DNA of 64,000 nt, from the NCBI GenBank assembly GCA_001662655.1, contig KV460215.1. One strand, written 5' to 3'. Each line of letters begins with the position of its first letter. The first letter of the stretch is position 1. Below the pieces are notes generated by a model, which had not been told where the DNA came from, searched no databases, and was given only the letters and a program-made list of their open reading frames with translations. This document shows, in pieces, positions 12,887-25,613 of the stretch. A program made the position numbers and the translations under genes. The DNA comes from Pseudogymnoascus verrucosus. Its lineage: Eukaryota.

Positions 12887-14908
12887 ATGGCATTGCTTCC
12901 CAAGATTCAGTCTGTTTTCGGTCGTCGGGCGACCGATGATGGAGTAGACTCTGTCCCCGTGGAGTTGGTTGATGAAAAGAAAGATGCTGTCAGACAAGAT
13001 CCTATCAGTGAAGGAAATGAGAAGAACAGAGAAGATCCGGCCATTGGCACAACTGGAACGGACAGCAATGATGAGCAGGACCAACTTCCTACCCAAGATG
13101 CACAACGTGGTGTCCACGATGTTGAGGCCGTCACTCTGACCTGGACCAAGACGACGCTGGTCGCAGTCTTCCTCAAGTACGTTGCTATCCATGCCGCCGA
13201 CTGTCTCTGGCAAGGCCCATCTAACAGTGCGCGTCAACAGCATCTGGTTACTTTACTTCGTCAACGCATTCCAATCCTCGATCCTCTACAACTTGCTTCC
13301 CTACGTTACGAGCGAATTTGAGTCGCATTCGCTGCTGACTGTCATTTACATCGTCGCAAGCGCCATGTCGGCCGCGACGTATATTCCATTGTCAAAGGTT
13401 CTCGATGTCTGGGGTCGTGCTGAAGGCTTCCTTATCATGGCAACTTTCTCCACGCTGGGATTGATTCTTATGGCTACATGCCATAACCTTCCCACCTTCT
13501 GCGCCGCATATGTAAGATTATTTCTTATGCTGTGGCAAGACTTGAAATATTCTGTTGATGCTAACGGTTGGATGCTAGGTGTTTTACAGCATTGGCTTCG
13601 GAGGTATTACTTACTGCGTGGACGTCATCACGGCCGACGCGTCCAAGCTGAAGAACCGAGGATTGGCATACGCCTTCACGTCCTCGCCATATATGATTAC
13701 GGCATTTGCTGGAGCGAAGGCATCGGAAGATTTCTACTATAACGTCAGCTGGAGATGGGGTTTCGGCTGCTTTGCGATCATCTTCCCCATTGTGGCTGCT
13801 CCTCTATACGTTATGTTGAAGGTCAACCTTAAGAAAGCCGAGAAACGAGGCCTCTTGGTCAATGAGAACAGCGGCCGGACGTTTTTGCAAAACGTCTGGT
13901 ATTACGTCATTGAGTTTGATGGTGCGTAACACAGCTTTTGAAGATACCCATGTTGCAAAATACTGACCTTCAATAGCATTTGGAGTCCTCCTGTTCTCTG
14001 TCGGTCTCACCGTGTTTTTGCTGCCCTTCACCATCGCGGATAGCGCCCCCAACGGCTGGTCCTCGGGCTACATCATTGCCATGCTTGTCATCGGATTTGT
14101 CGCGCTTGTCTCCTTTGGCTTTTACGAGGTGTACTTGGCCCCGACACCCATGCTCAACTTCAGCTTTCTCACCGACCGAACCGTCATCGGCGCGTGTATT
14201 CTGAGCATTACATACCAGATCTCTTATTACTGCTGGGCCAACTACTTCACGTCCTTTCTACAAGCCGTCAACAATGTTACCATCGCCCAGGCCGGATACA
14301 TTGGTAACACCTTCGACGTTGTGTCTGGCGTGCTTCTCCTGATTGTCGGTTACTTGATCCGCCGCACCGGCTACTATAAGTGGCTCCTCTACATCGCGGT
14401 CCCGCTGTACATCTTCTCCCAGGGCCTAATGATCTACTTCCGCCGCCCCAACCAGTCAGTCGGCTACCTAGTCATGTGCCAGGTCTTCATCTCCATCGGT
14501 GGTAGCATCTTCATCCTCATCGGCCAGGTCGCCATTCTAGCCGCGGTTGACCATCAGCACGTCGCTGCCGTGCTTGCCCTCCTCAACGTCGCCGGAACCA
14601 TCGGCAACGCCATGGGATCGACTATCTCCGGTGCTATCTGGACGAACACCTTCGAGAAGGCGCTTGAGCGGAATCTGCCTACCTCCGCGCTGCCCGATCT
14701 GTCCACTATTTATGAGGATCTCGAGACGCAGCTAAGTTACGAGGTCGGTAGCCCAACGAGACTGGCGATCCAGGAGTCGTATGGGTATGCGCAGACAAGG
14801 ATGTTGGCTGCAGGGACGGGAATCATGTGCCTTGCGTTCATTTCTCTCATACTGATTAGGAATATTAATGTTGCGAAGGTGGCACAGGTCAAGGGTACCG
14901 TCTTCTAA
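12887..14908 (+). CDS. Siderophore-iron transporter (SIT family MFS), MirB/MirD-like; by cluster position probably the MirD orthologue
   Basis: AQRGVHDVEAVTLTW, FESHSLL, LDVWGRAEG, DVITADASKLKNRGL, SWRWGFG, many transmembrane segments, C-terminal QVKGTVF. Introns at about 13177-13240, 13512-13578 and 13922-13976. Confidence 0.9.
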
Positions 14909-15502
14909 GTGTGCGCGATTCAGCCGTTGGCTTGGAAGAGGTATGTTGGGATAAAATTGTTGGAGATAGTAAGATTGGTGGTATATACTCGCAGATATTT
15001 TGTTTATAATATAATTCATTTAAAACGATCACACCTTTAAAAGACCCTCTCAATACTAGTATCATACACTCGAAGAGACAGCTAAGCGTGGTCTCGCCTA
15101 CTGCCCAACGATAACAGGAGGGAAAGCGCGACAGACCTAGCGGTTGAAACGATGACGAAAGGAGCAAGGGTAGTTGATAATGGATAGGAAAGAGCGATGG
15201 TAAGGTGGTAGCTGCGAATAAGAGGGAAGGGGCGATGGCAGATGACATGAGATATCGAATGGAAGGAGCAACACATCACGGGAGAAAGAATAAGGTGGCA
15301 GGAGCGAATGCCACTTGCTCTGATCCGCTTTCCACCAACTCCCGTGGTAATGACATACGATTCGGGCTGTTGAGCCTTTACGTACTTAAGCACATTTGAT
15401 ATTTAATAATTTACTGATACTAAGAGAATAGTAACAACATACAAAATACTGGCCAGCGCTACATGATCAATCTATTTGGTCCCGTTTCTGGCCGGACCAT
15501 AA

Positions 15503-18500
15503 CTACGCCGCCGCTTCAAACAGTCCACCAAGCATCAACAACTCCGACTGCCGAACCACGAGTTCCTCAACAACAGCAGCTAGCTCCTTCAACACCTCAT
15601 CCACAAACTCAGCATCCCTCTCACTTCCCACAATCCCAACATGCAACACCCCACCCTTAATGAACGACACTGCCTTAAAAGGCGCAGCCGCATCCCCATG
15701 CGGATTCAAAATATCCACCTTACACTCTCCACCAGCAAACGGCATTGTATCGAAGTCCTCAAAGTCCTGATGATGGACAATGGAATCCACTCCCGCCTCC
15801 TTTGACCACTGCGTGCACTTTTCCTTGATGGCGCTGAAGCCCACGTAGTCGTGGGCAGCTGACTCGGCGCTCTGGTTCTGGATGAAGCGGAGTAAGTCGA
15901 TCGCTGTCCACTCCTGCGAAAAGGCGACGCGGAGGGGTGTGAGCTGGTAGCAGGGACCCATGACGTTCTCGATGTTGGGGAGGTTGTTGGTGCGGCCTGA
16001 GGTAACGCTGGCGAATGTTACGTCTGCAGTGCGGAGACGGCGGGCGAGGAGGAGTGCCCAGGCCGCTGATAGAAGAGTGGCCGTCGTGATGTCCTGGAGG
16101 GGGGTGAAGGTGGGGACGGGGTGAGTCTGGAAGGTTGCTTTGTCCGTGGGTTGGGTGGAGGGGCCGGGTAGGATGGAGAGGGTGGAGGCGTTTAGGAGGT
16201 TACGCCAGTAAGCGAGGGCATTGTTGTGGGCACCAGTGTTCGAAACCAGTGTCATGTACGAGGAGAATGGTTCGAAGTCGACGATTTTTGCGCCGGTGTA
16301 TAGGGTTTCCAGGTCTTGGAGCAGGCGGGGGAGAGACATGCCGTCGTATTGGGCGTGAGAGAGGCCTATGATGAGGCACTCTTGGCCGTCATTGCATTCG
16401 ACATGTAGCAGCTTGAAGAAAGATGATCCAAGGCGGAAGTCTGATTCTATGTGCGTGTTGCAAAAGTCGGCAACATATTGCTTAAGATCACCATCCGCCT
16501 TATGCGTCATCACAGGTGATTCAAACTCATCCAAGACGACTTGATAGAAGGTTGACTCGTGCTCGATGAAAACGGTGCGTAGGATATCGTGGGTCTTGAC
16601 TAGCTCCTTACAGGCGTCAAACAATTTCTGGCGATCGATGCCGCTATCGAAGTACAACATGGTATATTGCATCGACGTCCGCGGTACCTGGAGGGTTCCT
16701 CTAATATCAAGTGCTTGGGAATCCGTCACTGTGCATACATCCTGAATAGAACAACGCGGGTCGACAAGTTGCGGCCGAACAATCGTCGATAGGAATAGAT
16801 CCTGATCCAAATTGCCCAGTGTCGAAAAGCGCCTGTAAGGCTGGACCTTCGGTTTTGGAGCTTCACCTATTTTCATCACTTTGGCTGCGTCACCGAGACG
16901 CATGTGCCGGAATATATCGGCAACAGTCAAAACGTGTCCCAGGGTACGGAGACGTGATACCAATTTCATGGCGTAGACGGAGTCGCCTCCAATACGGAAG
17001 AAGTTGTCATCAACGTCTATCTTCTCTGCGTCGATTCCAAGAATAGTAGCCCAGGAAGACCGCAGAATATCCTCAGCAGGTGTCAAGTTTTCATTCGCAG
17101 AGCTTTTCGTCCATGCTTCCTCTGTACTTTCATGGATCTGAGTGAGTACGTGTCGTGGAATGGTGGAGGCGAGCTTGTTGAGCACACCATGGTTAATCTC
17201 GTTTGACTCCGCGGGCAGTTTGTCAACTACGACGTATGCTGAGGGGACCATGTATGACGTGAGAGAGTCTTGAATGAATTTGTCGAGCTTCTTCAGTGCC
17301 ACTACAAGACCGAGGGGAATATTGGCACATATGGCCGTCTTGAAACTTTGTGGGTCAGACGGGTCGGATGTTATATCGTGTGGGACCGACATGATCTCAA
17401 CACTGTCTCCCTGAGAAGGCTGCTGTTCGATGAAGATGACTAGTTCTTGCTCCGGCACCTGCTGAGTAGTATCCGATGATTGGAAGAGGGCTGCAGCGGC
17501 ACGAATAGTAGGTGGAAGAAGTCTTCTGAAGTGGCCCTCAAGATCTCCAATATCCACTGTGTGCCCCTGGAATGACACGACATTCTCCTTTCGACCGATA
17601 AATACCAAGGTGTTATCTGGTTGCAACTGAACCATGTCGCCTGTCGCCTGCGCTCGGCCCCTGCGGCCGACACATGTAGAGCTGCCAGCCTTGAGCCAAG
17701 GAGGAGACTCAACAGTTTCGCCAGAAAGGAAAGCCCCCTCAAGCCACAGCTCGCCAGTACAGCCGATGGGCGACAATAAGGATGAGTTTCGCGGATCACA
17801 CACCCAAGGTATCACTGCGCGAGGATAGATCGCCCCTTGTGTAATACTTGCACCTGCTCGAAGTCTCGAAGACTCGTCCAAGGCCAATGGTGGAGTTTGA
17901 TTCCATTGCCAGATCTGGTCCAATTCCACCTCTGGAACGCATGATATCTCGTCGACTCTCCGGGATGGGTCTTTGGTCAACTGTAAACACGCCATTTCTA
18001 GTTGCGCAAGGATTCGTTCCATTTGCTTAACCTCGATCAGGCTGCTGTCAAAACTGGCACAGACTCTGAAGCCGGCCTTTTGGATTCCACAGGCTAGCAT
18101 AAGTGGATAGGGGTTGAAATGGAGCGCTTCGCGCACGGCGTCTCCTTGGCTGAAGCCAAGATCGCCGTCTACATACACTGGCTCTGGCTGAATGACCAAG
18201 CCTGTGCTGGCCTCGCATGCATGCTGAGCGTCTCGGCTGACCTTTCTGATGTTCTGCATCCCCATATGCTGATACGGCGTGCGAGCTAATATGCCTTGTT
18301 GCACAGCACTCAGATAAGATTCGACTGAGCTCTTACGGTCAAATTGTATGCGAACGGGTACTGTAGCTATCAATGGACCGATGATACTTTCAACCTCCTG
18401 CAACGGAATATCTCGACCCATGAGTGTCTCGCCGAACACGACATCATCGCTTCCTGTGTACTGCGATGCTACGAGCGCCCACGCGCCGCGAATCAGTGTT

Positions 18501-21500
18501 GCCAGTGTGAATGGCGATCCGCTAAGTTTCTCAAGGGGTATGAGGTGCTCAATCATGGCATCTGGAGTTGGCAAGTAGTCTCTAGATGGAAGACGTGGGA
18601 ACTGAGGTCCAACGGCGCCTTTCAGCTCCTGCCGCCAAAACTCCTGCATGGCAGTCTCATCTGTGTCCCGCACAAATTTAACGAAGTCTCGCATTTGTGT
18701 TTTAGTCGTGATGCGCTGGTCTTTCAAGGCGTTGGAGATCTTTTCGAGGATCAATGGCTCTGACCACCCATCGTAGAGTACGTGGTGGACCGTCCAGACC
18801 ATGTATCGCTTGTCATCGCCTGGAGAGCTGATAATAGCATATCGAGCCAAGCTTTCACCGAGATTCATCTTCTCAGCCTTATCATCCTCGAGGTATTGCT
18901 CAAGATTAGTCGGATATTTCCAGGAGATACTTTCATTAAGGATAACTTGCTGGAGCCCAGGCTCTTGAAGTTGGGCGACGCGAGTGCGTAGGATAGGGCT
19001 TGCTTGAATAACTTCCTCCCATGCTTTTCTCCAAGCATCGAGATTTATGTGCGATGGAATACATGCAACTCTCTGAGCTACGTATGCCTTGGTCGATTTG
19101 AGCGAGAAGGTAAACAGTGACTCTTGCGTGGGTGTGCAAGGATATATGTCTTCGACTGGTTCCTGAGTTGACCCACAAGCTTGTGATGCTTCGAGGCAGG
19201 CGCTTTCGGCAGGTGTGGAAATCATAGAAAATGGCGACGATTCTGCCATCGCTTGGACGTTAGAAACGAGGATAACACCAGCCATAGCCGAGAGTGTGGG
19301 GTGGCCAAAAATGCTGGCGACTGTGAGATCGAAATCCTGCGCTCGACAGACAGACACGAGCCTCATTGCTGTTAAGGAGTCGCCACCAAGTGCGAAGAAA
19401 TTATCACTTAGCCCAATGGGTTCTTCGTCAAGTTTCAATATCTCGCTCCAGAAATGCCTCAGACGCTTCTCAGTTTCAGTCATCTCTCGAGAAGCAGTGC
19501 TCGGTGTGTCTTTATCCAAATCCCGGAGATCCACGGTAGCTCCAAACTGACGAAGCCGTTTGCGATCCGTTTTTCCTGAGATTAAAGCTGGAATATAATT
19601 GACTGGTATATATGCGTTTGGCACCATATACCGCGGTAAAACCTTCGCTATTTCCACATCGGCTTCTGAGAGCGTTTCGCGCAGCTCGCTGGGAAGTTGT
19701 GGCGATGTTAAATCGGTATCCTCGCCCTTCATGGCCTTGGAGGTGATAAATGCGACCAAAGTAGGTTGGCCACCACCCGTAGGCACAATCACCTCGGCAA
19801 CAACAGTGGTGTCCGAAGGAAGTCTGGCCCTCAACTGACTTTCGATCTCCCCGAGCTCAACACGTTGTCCACGCAATTTGACCTGGGTATCTTTCCTTCC
19901 AACAAAGACAATGCCTCCCGAACCATCGGGGTCGTATTTTCCGAGATCTCCAGTCTTGTATAGACGCCCCCGACGACCAGCGTAGCCGTTGTGTCCTGCA
20001 ACTAGCCATTTTGGGTCGTTGATGAAGACCTCTGCGGTCTTGTTGGGGTCGTTTAAGTAGCCTTGTCCTACAATAGGACCCTCGACAAGCAACTCTCCTA
20101 CGGCACCGACTGGCATTAGCGTTTCGTGGTCGTCTGGATTGGTGATCCAGATGGCGGCTCCATTGCCTGGCCCGATAGAGATATAGTCCCTGCCTGTAGC
20201 GGCGCTGCTGTTTACGGTGCATCCGATTGTGCATTCACAGGGACCATAACCGATGATAATCCTGGTGACTTCTCCCCAGAGATTAACGTCTCTCGCTGAG
20301 GCAGCCTCTCCACCCAGACCAAGGCCGCTGAGGGATGCTATAACATCATCGTCCAATATGCGGGCCAGAGAAGGGGTTAGGCCGGCGTAATTAACTTGCA
20401 TATTTCTCATCGCTCCATTAATGTCGTTGACTCTGTCCTCATCGGAAGGAATGCAAAGACAGCCGCCGTTGCCCAGAGTTAAAAGCATACTGTCGATGCT
20501 GACATCGAAAGCGTACGACGCAAAATCGAGGACCCTGGAGCTCTCTGTATAGCCAACTGCCTTTGCTCGAGGAATGGCACTGCTTGTATATGTTTCGTGA
20601 GAGATGGTGACTCCTTTCGGAACGCCCGTGCTTCCGGAAGTAAATATTATGTACATTAGTGCAGATGACGGCACAGCTGCTAACTTTGGAAGTTCTTGTG
20701 CATCTGACGAGGCGGGAAATGTGTCCGCTTCCACAATGAGGAGCTTCCCATTCGGCACGATCGATGTTGATATGTCATGCTGGCTGCGCGACGCCACCAT
20801 TATATTTGCACCCACCTGTTCTGCCATATTTTGGAGGCGGGCAAGCGGAAGTGTCGGGTCCATAAGCACGAAGGTTGCTCCAGCTTTCATCACCGCAAGC
20901 ACGGCGACAATTGTCCATTTTGACTTCTCAAAACACACAGGCAGAACATCATGCAATTTAACGCCCATTTCTTGAAGCGAGCCGGCTACGAGCGTAGAAT
21001 ACCGTTCGATTTGGCCATACGTCAAGTCTCCGTCCCATGATGAAATTGCCACTTTTTCTAACAAGCCTTGGGATCGTTCTGCGATCATGTCGTGCATGCA
21101 GAAGTTGCAGGTGGGAGGTAGGAGGTTATTCCAACCCCATATATGATCTATATCACGCGTGGTCGGACGAAGACAGTCTTCCAGGGACGCATCCGGATTC
21201 GAAATGCACATTTTGACAGTGTCAACTAGTGACTCGATATATCGCGTCACGTTGTACTCCGGCATGTTTATGTTTTGCCAGACTGGACGGATCTCGAGAT
21301 TAATACTATTAAGGCGTACCTCAAGGTGAAGGACGCCCTTTTCTCACAGTTAGCCAGGTTACATGGTAACCAAGGTACGATGCCCACTTACTTCATCTTT
21401 AGCTCCTTCGGAAGTTTTGGATAGTGAACTGGTGCTCAAGAGGAGCGACCCAGGATTGGACTTGGGTGTACGCTGACTGGGTTCCGCAGTTGTGATAAAG

Positions 21501-21856
21501 CGAGTGACTACTGCCGTGGTTTCTGTGATATTATTTTGTAATTCCGTCACTACTTCGTCTGTCGACAGACTCCTGGTCTCTAACTCATCTCCAGAAGCAC
21601 CTTCTGGGCTCTTATATGCCCAGTCGAAGCTGACTTGACCGCCCTCGCGAGTCCGAAGGAGCACGATGAGCCATGATAAAAGAAATGTTTCATCTTTCAT
21701 GCTCGTCAGGGAAAGCAACTGGTCAGATACGAGGCCAGCAACCTCGAAATATCTGAAGCCATTGCTATCTGCTGGCTCTCCTTTTGATAGTATGTCGATA
21801 GGACTATTCCTCCCCTCGTTTTCACCTGGTATCTCATCGACGAGTATAGATCCCAT
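15503..21856 (-). CDS. sidD: Extracellular siderophore NRPS (A-T-C-degenerate A-T-C), fusarinine/coprogen-type synthetase
   Basis: A domain YIIFTSGSTGVPKG, LYKTGDL, QVKLRGQRVELGEIE. T domains FFALGGDSL and FFRIGGDSV. C domains HHVLYDGWS and SHAQYDGMS. Truncated second A domain. Exon 1 (21856-21392) joins through intron 21338-21391. Confidence 0.95.
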
Positions 21857-22177
21857 TGTGACGGCAGTCCAGCTTCTCTGGTCCTGGGATCTTGGCGCGG
21901 TTCATATCGGGAGGGACGAGCATCTTTTCAATTCTTAGATCTTTACATGAGCCGAAGCTAAACTGGAGCATTTACATCCTGAGTAGTCAAGCAACAAGGT
22001 TCCATCTTGGCAGCGACATGGAAAGAAGTATATACTTTGATCACAAGTACCTGCCAGGGTCCCGGTACCGATTCCGTGATCCAGGGTCACCCACGCTATC
22101 TTGAATAGGTAGAGTTTACCGAGGCTAGGCTGTCGAGGACTTTGTCTAACGTAAACTGGGTGGTTCTCCGAGAACAA

Positions 22178-22223
22178 ATCTAATCAGATCCGCTAGTGGT
22201 GGGGCTAGAAAATCTAATCAGAT
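22178..22223. promoter_or_regulatory. Paired SreA-type elements in the sidD/sidJ divergent promoter
   Basis: ATCTAATCAGAT at 22178-22189 and 22212-22223, each within the 16-bp direct repeat AAATCTAATCAGATCC. Confidence 0.7.
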
Positions 22224-22533
22224 CCTATGAGTCTTCAGCTGCCCCTCTTCCACATCGGTCGCGTTCCAGAGACTTCATCGGCTGGTGGATTTGTTGTCAG
22301 GCCTAACAATACCTCCTGCAGATGCACAAAGCCGATCTCGGAACTAAGTTCGATTGGTAACACGGCGCGTATTTACCAAGGTAGTGCGGGATGGCACATA
22401 AGCCAATGCTGGGCATGACGTTCCCACAGGTTACTGTCGGGACTTCTCTCGACTTCAGTTCAGTGACCCCCAAAATATTTACATCCAATTTCAGTGACCC
22501 CCAAAATCTGCATATTCCTATCTTCAATCCAAT

Positions 22534-23677
22534 ATGTGTTCCAAATTCTGGCCCAAAGGAGGCCTTCCGGGCATTTTGCACCATTACGTACGTTTTGCAC
22601 TTCATCTCGACTATCCATCACTGTAGAGGTAACTAACAAAATGCAAAACAGACCGAGACTCTAGTAACCTTCGAATATACAGCAAGCGTCACCCATAAGC
22701 CTCACAGCATTGTCTTCCTTGGAGGTCTGGGAGATGGGCTCGCAACTACATCCTACATGTCCGATATCGTACGCGCGTTACAACCAACGGACTGGTCGCT
22801 CTTCACCTTAAATCTCACATCCTCATACCAATCATGGGGTCTCGGACATCTCGACAGAGACACGGATGAGGTCGCCGAATGCGTAAAATATATCAAAGAC
22901 TACAAGACCAGCAAATTTGGCGATGGAAAAATCGTCCTCATGGGCCATTCATCCGGAAGTCAATTTGTTATGCATTACTTGTATCGCCCAAATCCTCACA
23001 CAGGCATCGCACCCTTTGATCCCTCGCTGGAGCATGTCAAACGTCTGGAAATCGACGGAGCGATCATGCAAGCACCGGTGTCGGACAGGGAAGCAATCCT
23101 CCTGTGCAGAGAAATGGGGATCGGAGGCAAGACGCCGAGCGAGGTCGAAGCAGCATACCAGACGCTAGAAGCAATGGCCAAAAAAGTGAACCGCGAAGAA
23201 ATCTGCGATACGCTGTTACCTTTATCTCTGACCAGTCAGATTGGCTACCTACCCAATGTTCCAATAAGCAGCCGAAGGTTTTTAAGTCTCAACAGTCCGG
23301 AAAGCCCGCTGGCACCGGAGGAGGATGACCTTTTCAGTTCGGATATCGGTGATGAACAGTTAGCGAAGACCTTTGGAATGATCAAGGAGCGCGGGCTGTT
23401 AAATCACAAGCTGATGGTCTTATACTCGGGGGCAGACCAAGCTGTTCCGGCTTACGTTGATAAAGAGGGCTTATTGGTGAGGTGGATGAATGCCGTTAAC
23501 CATAATGGACGAGACCAAATATGGGACCGAGACCACAGCGCAGTGATACCGGGTGCTTCTCATGCGTTGAGTAACGATGACCAAGCTGAGCCGCGGAAAG
23601 ATCTTGTTAGGAGAGTATTGGGGTATTTGTTGACGGCTGAGAAAGTGCCAACAAAGCCTACGAAATCCAATGATTAA
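22534..23677 (+). CDS. sidJ: Fusarinine C esterase SidJ-like (DUF1749 alpha/beta hydrolase)
   Basis: Exon 1 MCSKFWPKGGLPGILHHY, intron 22588-22651, then FLGGLGDGL, nucleophile elbow GHSSGSQ, MQAPVSDRE, DDLFSSD, GASH. Confidence 0.88.
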
Positions 23678-23789
23678 TAGAATTTGTTTGTACTTTATTT
23701 AAATCCGCAATTTATATAATTCCTGGATAACACCTCCGCGTTTTATGATATCTATTGTGTCCAGATACCTCTCTTGAGCCCAGCGAACT

Positions 23790-25613
23790 TTATGAGACGA
23801 CAAGTTCAAATACCGCATTCTCTTTCAAGGAAAGAATGAAATCAATGGTATATACAACCTCACTTTTCCCTTGATGGTTGATATGCTCAGTTGTACCAAT
23901 CTGGGGATCTTGAGAGATTTTGGTCGAAAGTGTGCAACTGGTAGCACCTTCCTCAATTATCACAGCCCCATTTTCTATGCGTGGTCGCACGAACGATACA
24001 AACCTCTCAGCAACATCCATTGGCCGAGAAACTTTGATCTCATCCAGAAGACTCAAGCGCCCTGTCTTATTATCGAATGAGAGGCGTCGCACCAGCGACG
24101 TCAACCCGCTCACGGCGTAAGTAGGGGCAATATCCATTGAAATTGATCCATTCTGATCAAAAATGACATTTCGAGCGCAATATTCTCTCCCATCACGTTG
24201 GCTGTGTCCATCGACAATGGGAACATTGTGGCTTTTAGAAGAGGTGCAAAAGGTGTCGTAGCGATCGGGCCCAAAGTATGACTTCGTGTACTCTCCCTTG
24301 CCAATATCACATAGGAGCATTACACCATGTCTTGAAAATAGAAAGCTTCCGACATCATTGTGGTTGTGTTCCTCATCGTTATGGCCTGCTTTCGCCGCAA
24401 ATCCAGTGCCATCATTGCCGCTGCACAACAGCCACTGAGCCTTTGGGTATACCACGCAGGGTTGAGGCAGTGCCTGCTTCGACACAAGTGTATCTGTAGT
24501 CCATAGCAGATCACTTAGAGCAGGAGCAAAGTTGTAACAATGCGAGTGCATTACATCCATGGCGCTCTCTAACGGTGGGGCCATCACTTCTTCGAAATGC
24601 TCTGCCAAAAAACATGTGACGCCTGGCCGATATTTGTCGTTTGCTTCAACATCCGAGAATGTGAGCGTTGCAGCTCCTGGGAAGAAGCAATTTTGCTGAA
24701 ATAAAGCGATAGGAGCAAATCTTTTATCGGAGAGCAGGTCAAGCTTCCCAGCTGTTCGTCTGCCGAGAAGTTCTGCAAACACCACAAAAAAGCTTACTCC
24801 ATACGTCCAGTAATTTAGGCCCTCAGTGCAGGCACCATCTTCACTGAATCCGGCAATATATCTCTCCATTACAGGCAGCAGATTTCGGAGGATAGCAGCG
24901 AGATCCAGATCGTTTCCAACGAGAAGCATGGCGGCACTGCCAATGCTACCAGCGCAAACCGCACACCAGTTACTATCCAACACTTCCCAATGCTGGATAG
25001 TCGATTTATCCATGTAGCTGTCGATGACCCGACGCATGACTTCTGATTGGGCTCGCTCGACAATAAAAGGATTGAGCTTATCACCGAGCAGAGCACATAT
25101 TTCTGCAAGTGCTAAGCCAGTCTCGCAGGCGAAAAGGTCGAGGTTCAATGCAGCATCCCGGCGTTTGCTGGTGTTGGAATAACCAACATTGGTTTCAATA
25201 GTTAGGCTGGACCCGTGCATATGTGAAGGCAAACTCCACGTGTAGTCGTCACATAGGGCCCAAATACACTCCTCGAGCGTTCCAATGTCTTCCGGGTCGT
25301 TCCATAACCACGCGCTAAGAGCAGAGACCAGCAGGGTCTTGCGCCGCGAAAAGTATGGAGCTTCGTATCCGAGACGCTCGCCTACGGTATCGAACAGCTT
25401 GAACATCCGGAATGGAAGCACAGGGATGTCCTTGCCTCGAAGCTCTTCCGCAGCACTCTGGAGCTTGTCGCGAGAAGTTTGTAGAAGCGGATTGTTCAAC
25501 ACTCGATCAATGGTTTCCCGTTTTCCCGCCCATCGAAGCAGGTCATATCCAAATGCACCGTCGTCGGTTCCAGAAGCCAAATCTCTGCATAGTTTACCAA
25601 TGTCGACGTTCAT
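23790..25613 (-). CDS. Heparinase II/III-like family protein (putative oligosaccharide/polysaccharide lyase), intronless, no signal peptide
   Basis: 607-aa single ORF. Motifs DLFACETG, NWCAVC, DGACTEGLNYWTYG, FSD, AKAGHNDEEHNHNDVGSF, LLCDIGKGEYTKSYFG, SHNVPIVDG match the heparinase II/III-like architecture. Confidence 0.8.
   Translation of the reverse strand: MNVDIGKLCRDLASGTDDGAFGYDLLRWAGKRETIDRVLNNPLLQTSRDKLQSAAEELRGKDIPVLPFRMFKLFDTVGERLGYEAPYFSRRKTLLVSALSAWLWNDPEDIGTLEECIWALCDDYTWSLPSHMHGSSLTIETNVGYSNTSKRRDAALNLDLFACETGLALAEICALLGDKLNPFIVERAQSEVMRRVIDSYMDKSTIQHWEVLDSNWCAVCAGSIGSAAMLLVGNDLDLAAILRNLLPVMERYIAGFSEDGACTEGLNYWTYGVSFFVVFAELLGRRTAGKLDLLSDKRFAPIALFQQNCFFPGAATLTFSDVEANDKYRPGVTCFLAEHFEEVMAPPLESAMDVMHSHCYNFAPALSDLLWTTDTLVSKQALPQPCVVYPKAQWLLCSGNDGTGFAAKAGHNDEEHNHNDVGSFLFSRHGVMLLCDIGKGEYTKSYFGPDRYDTFCTSSKSHNVPIVDGHSQRDGREYCARNVIFDQNGSISMDIAPTYAVSGLTSLVRRLSFDNKTGRLSLLDEIKVSRPMDVAERFVSFVRPRIENGAVIIEEGATSCTLSTKISQDPQIGTTEHINHQGKSEVVYTIDFILSLKENAVFELVVS

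Noticed and set aside
17150..17900. Degenerate second adenylation domain in SidD, read as pseudogenisation
   Set aside because: A truncated second A domain is the normal architecture of SidD/NPS6-type synthetases, and the frame is intact.
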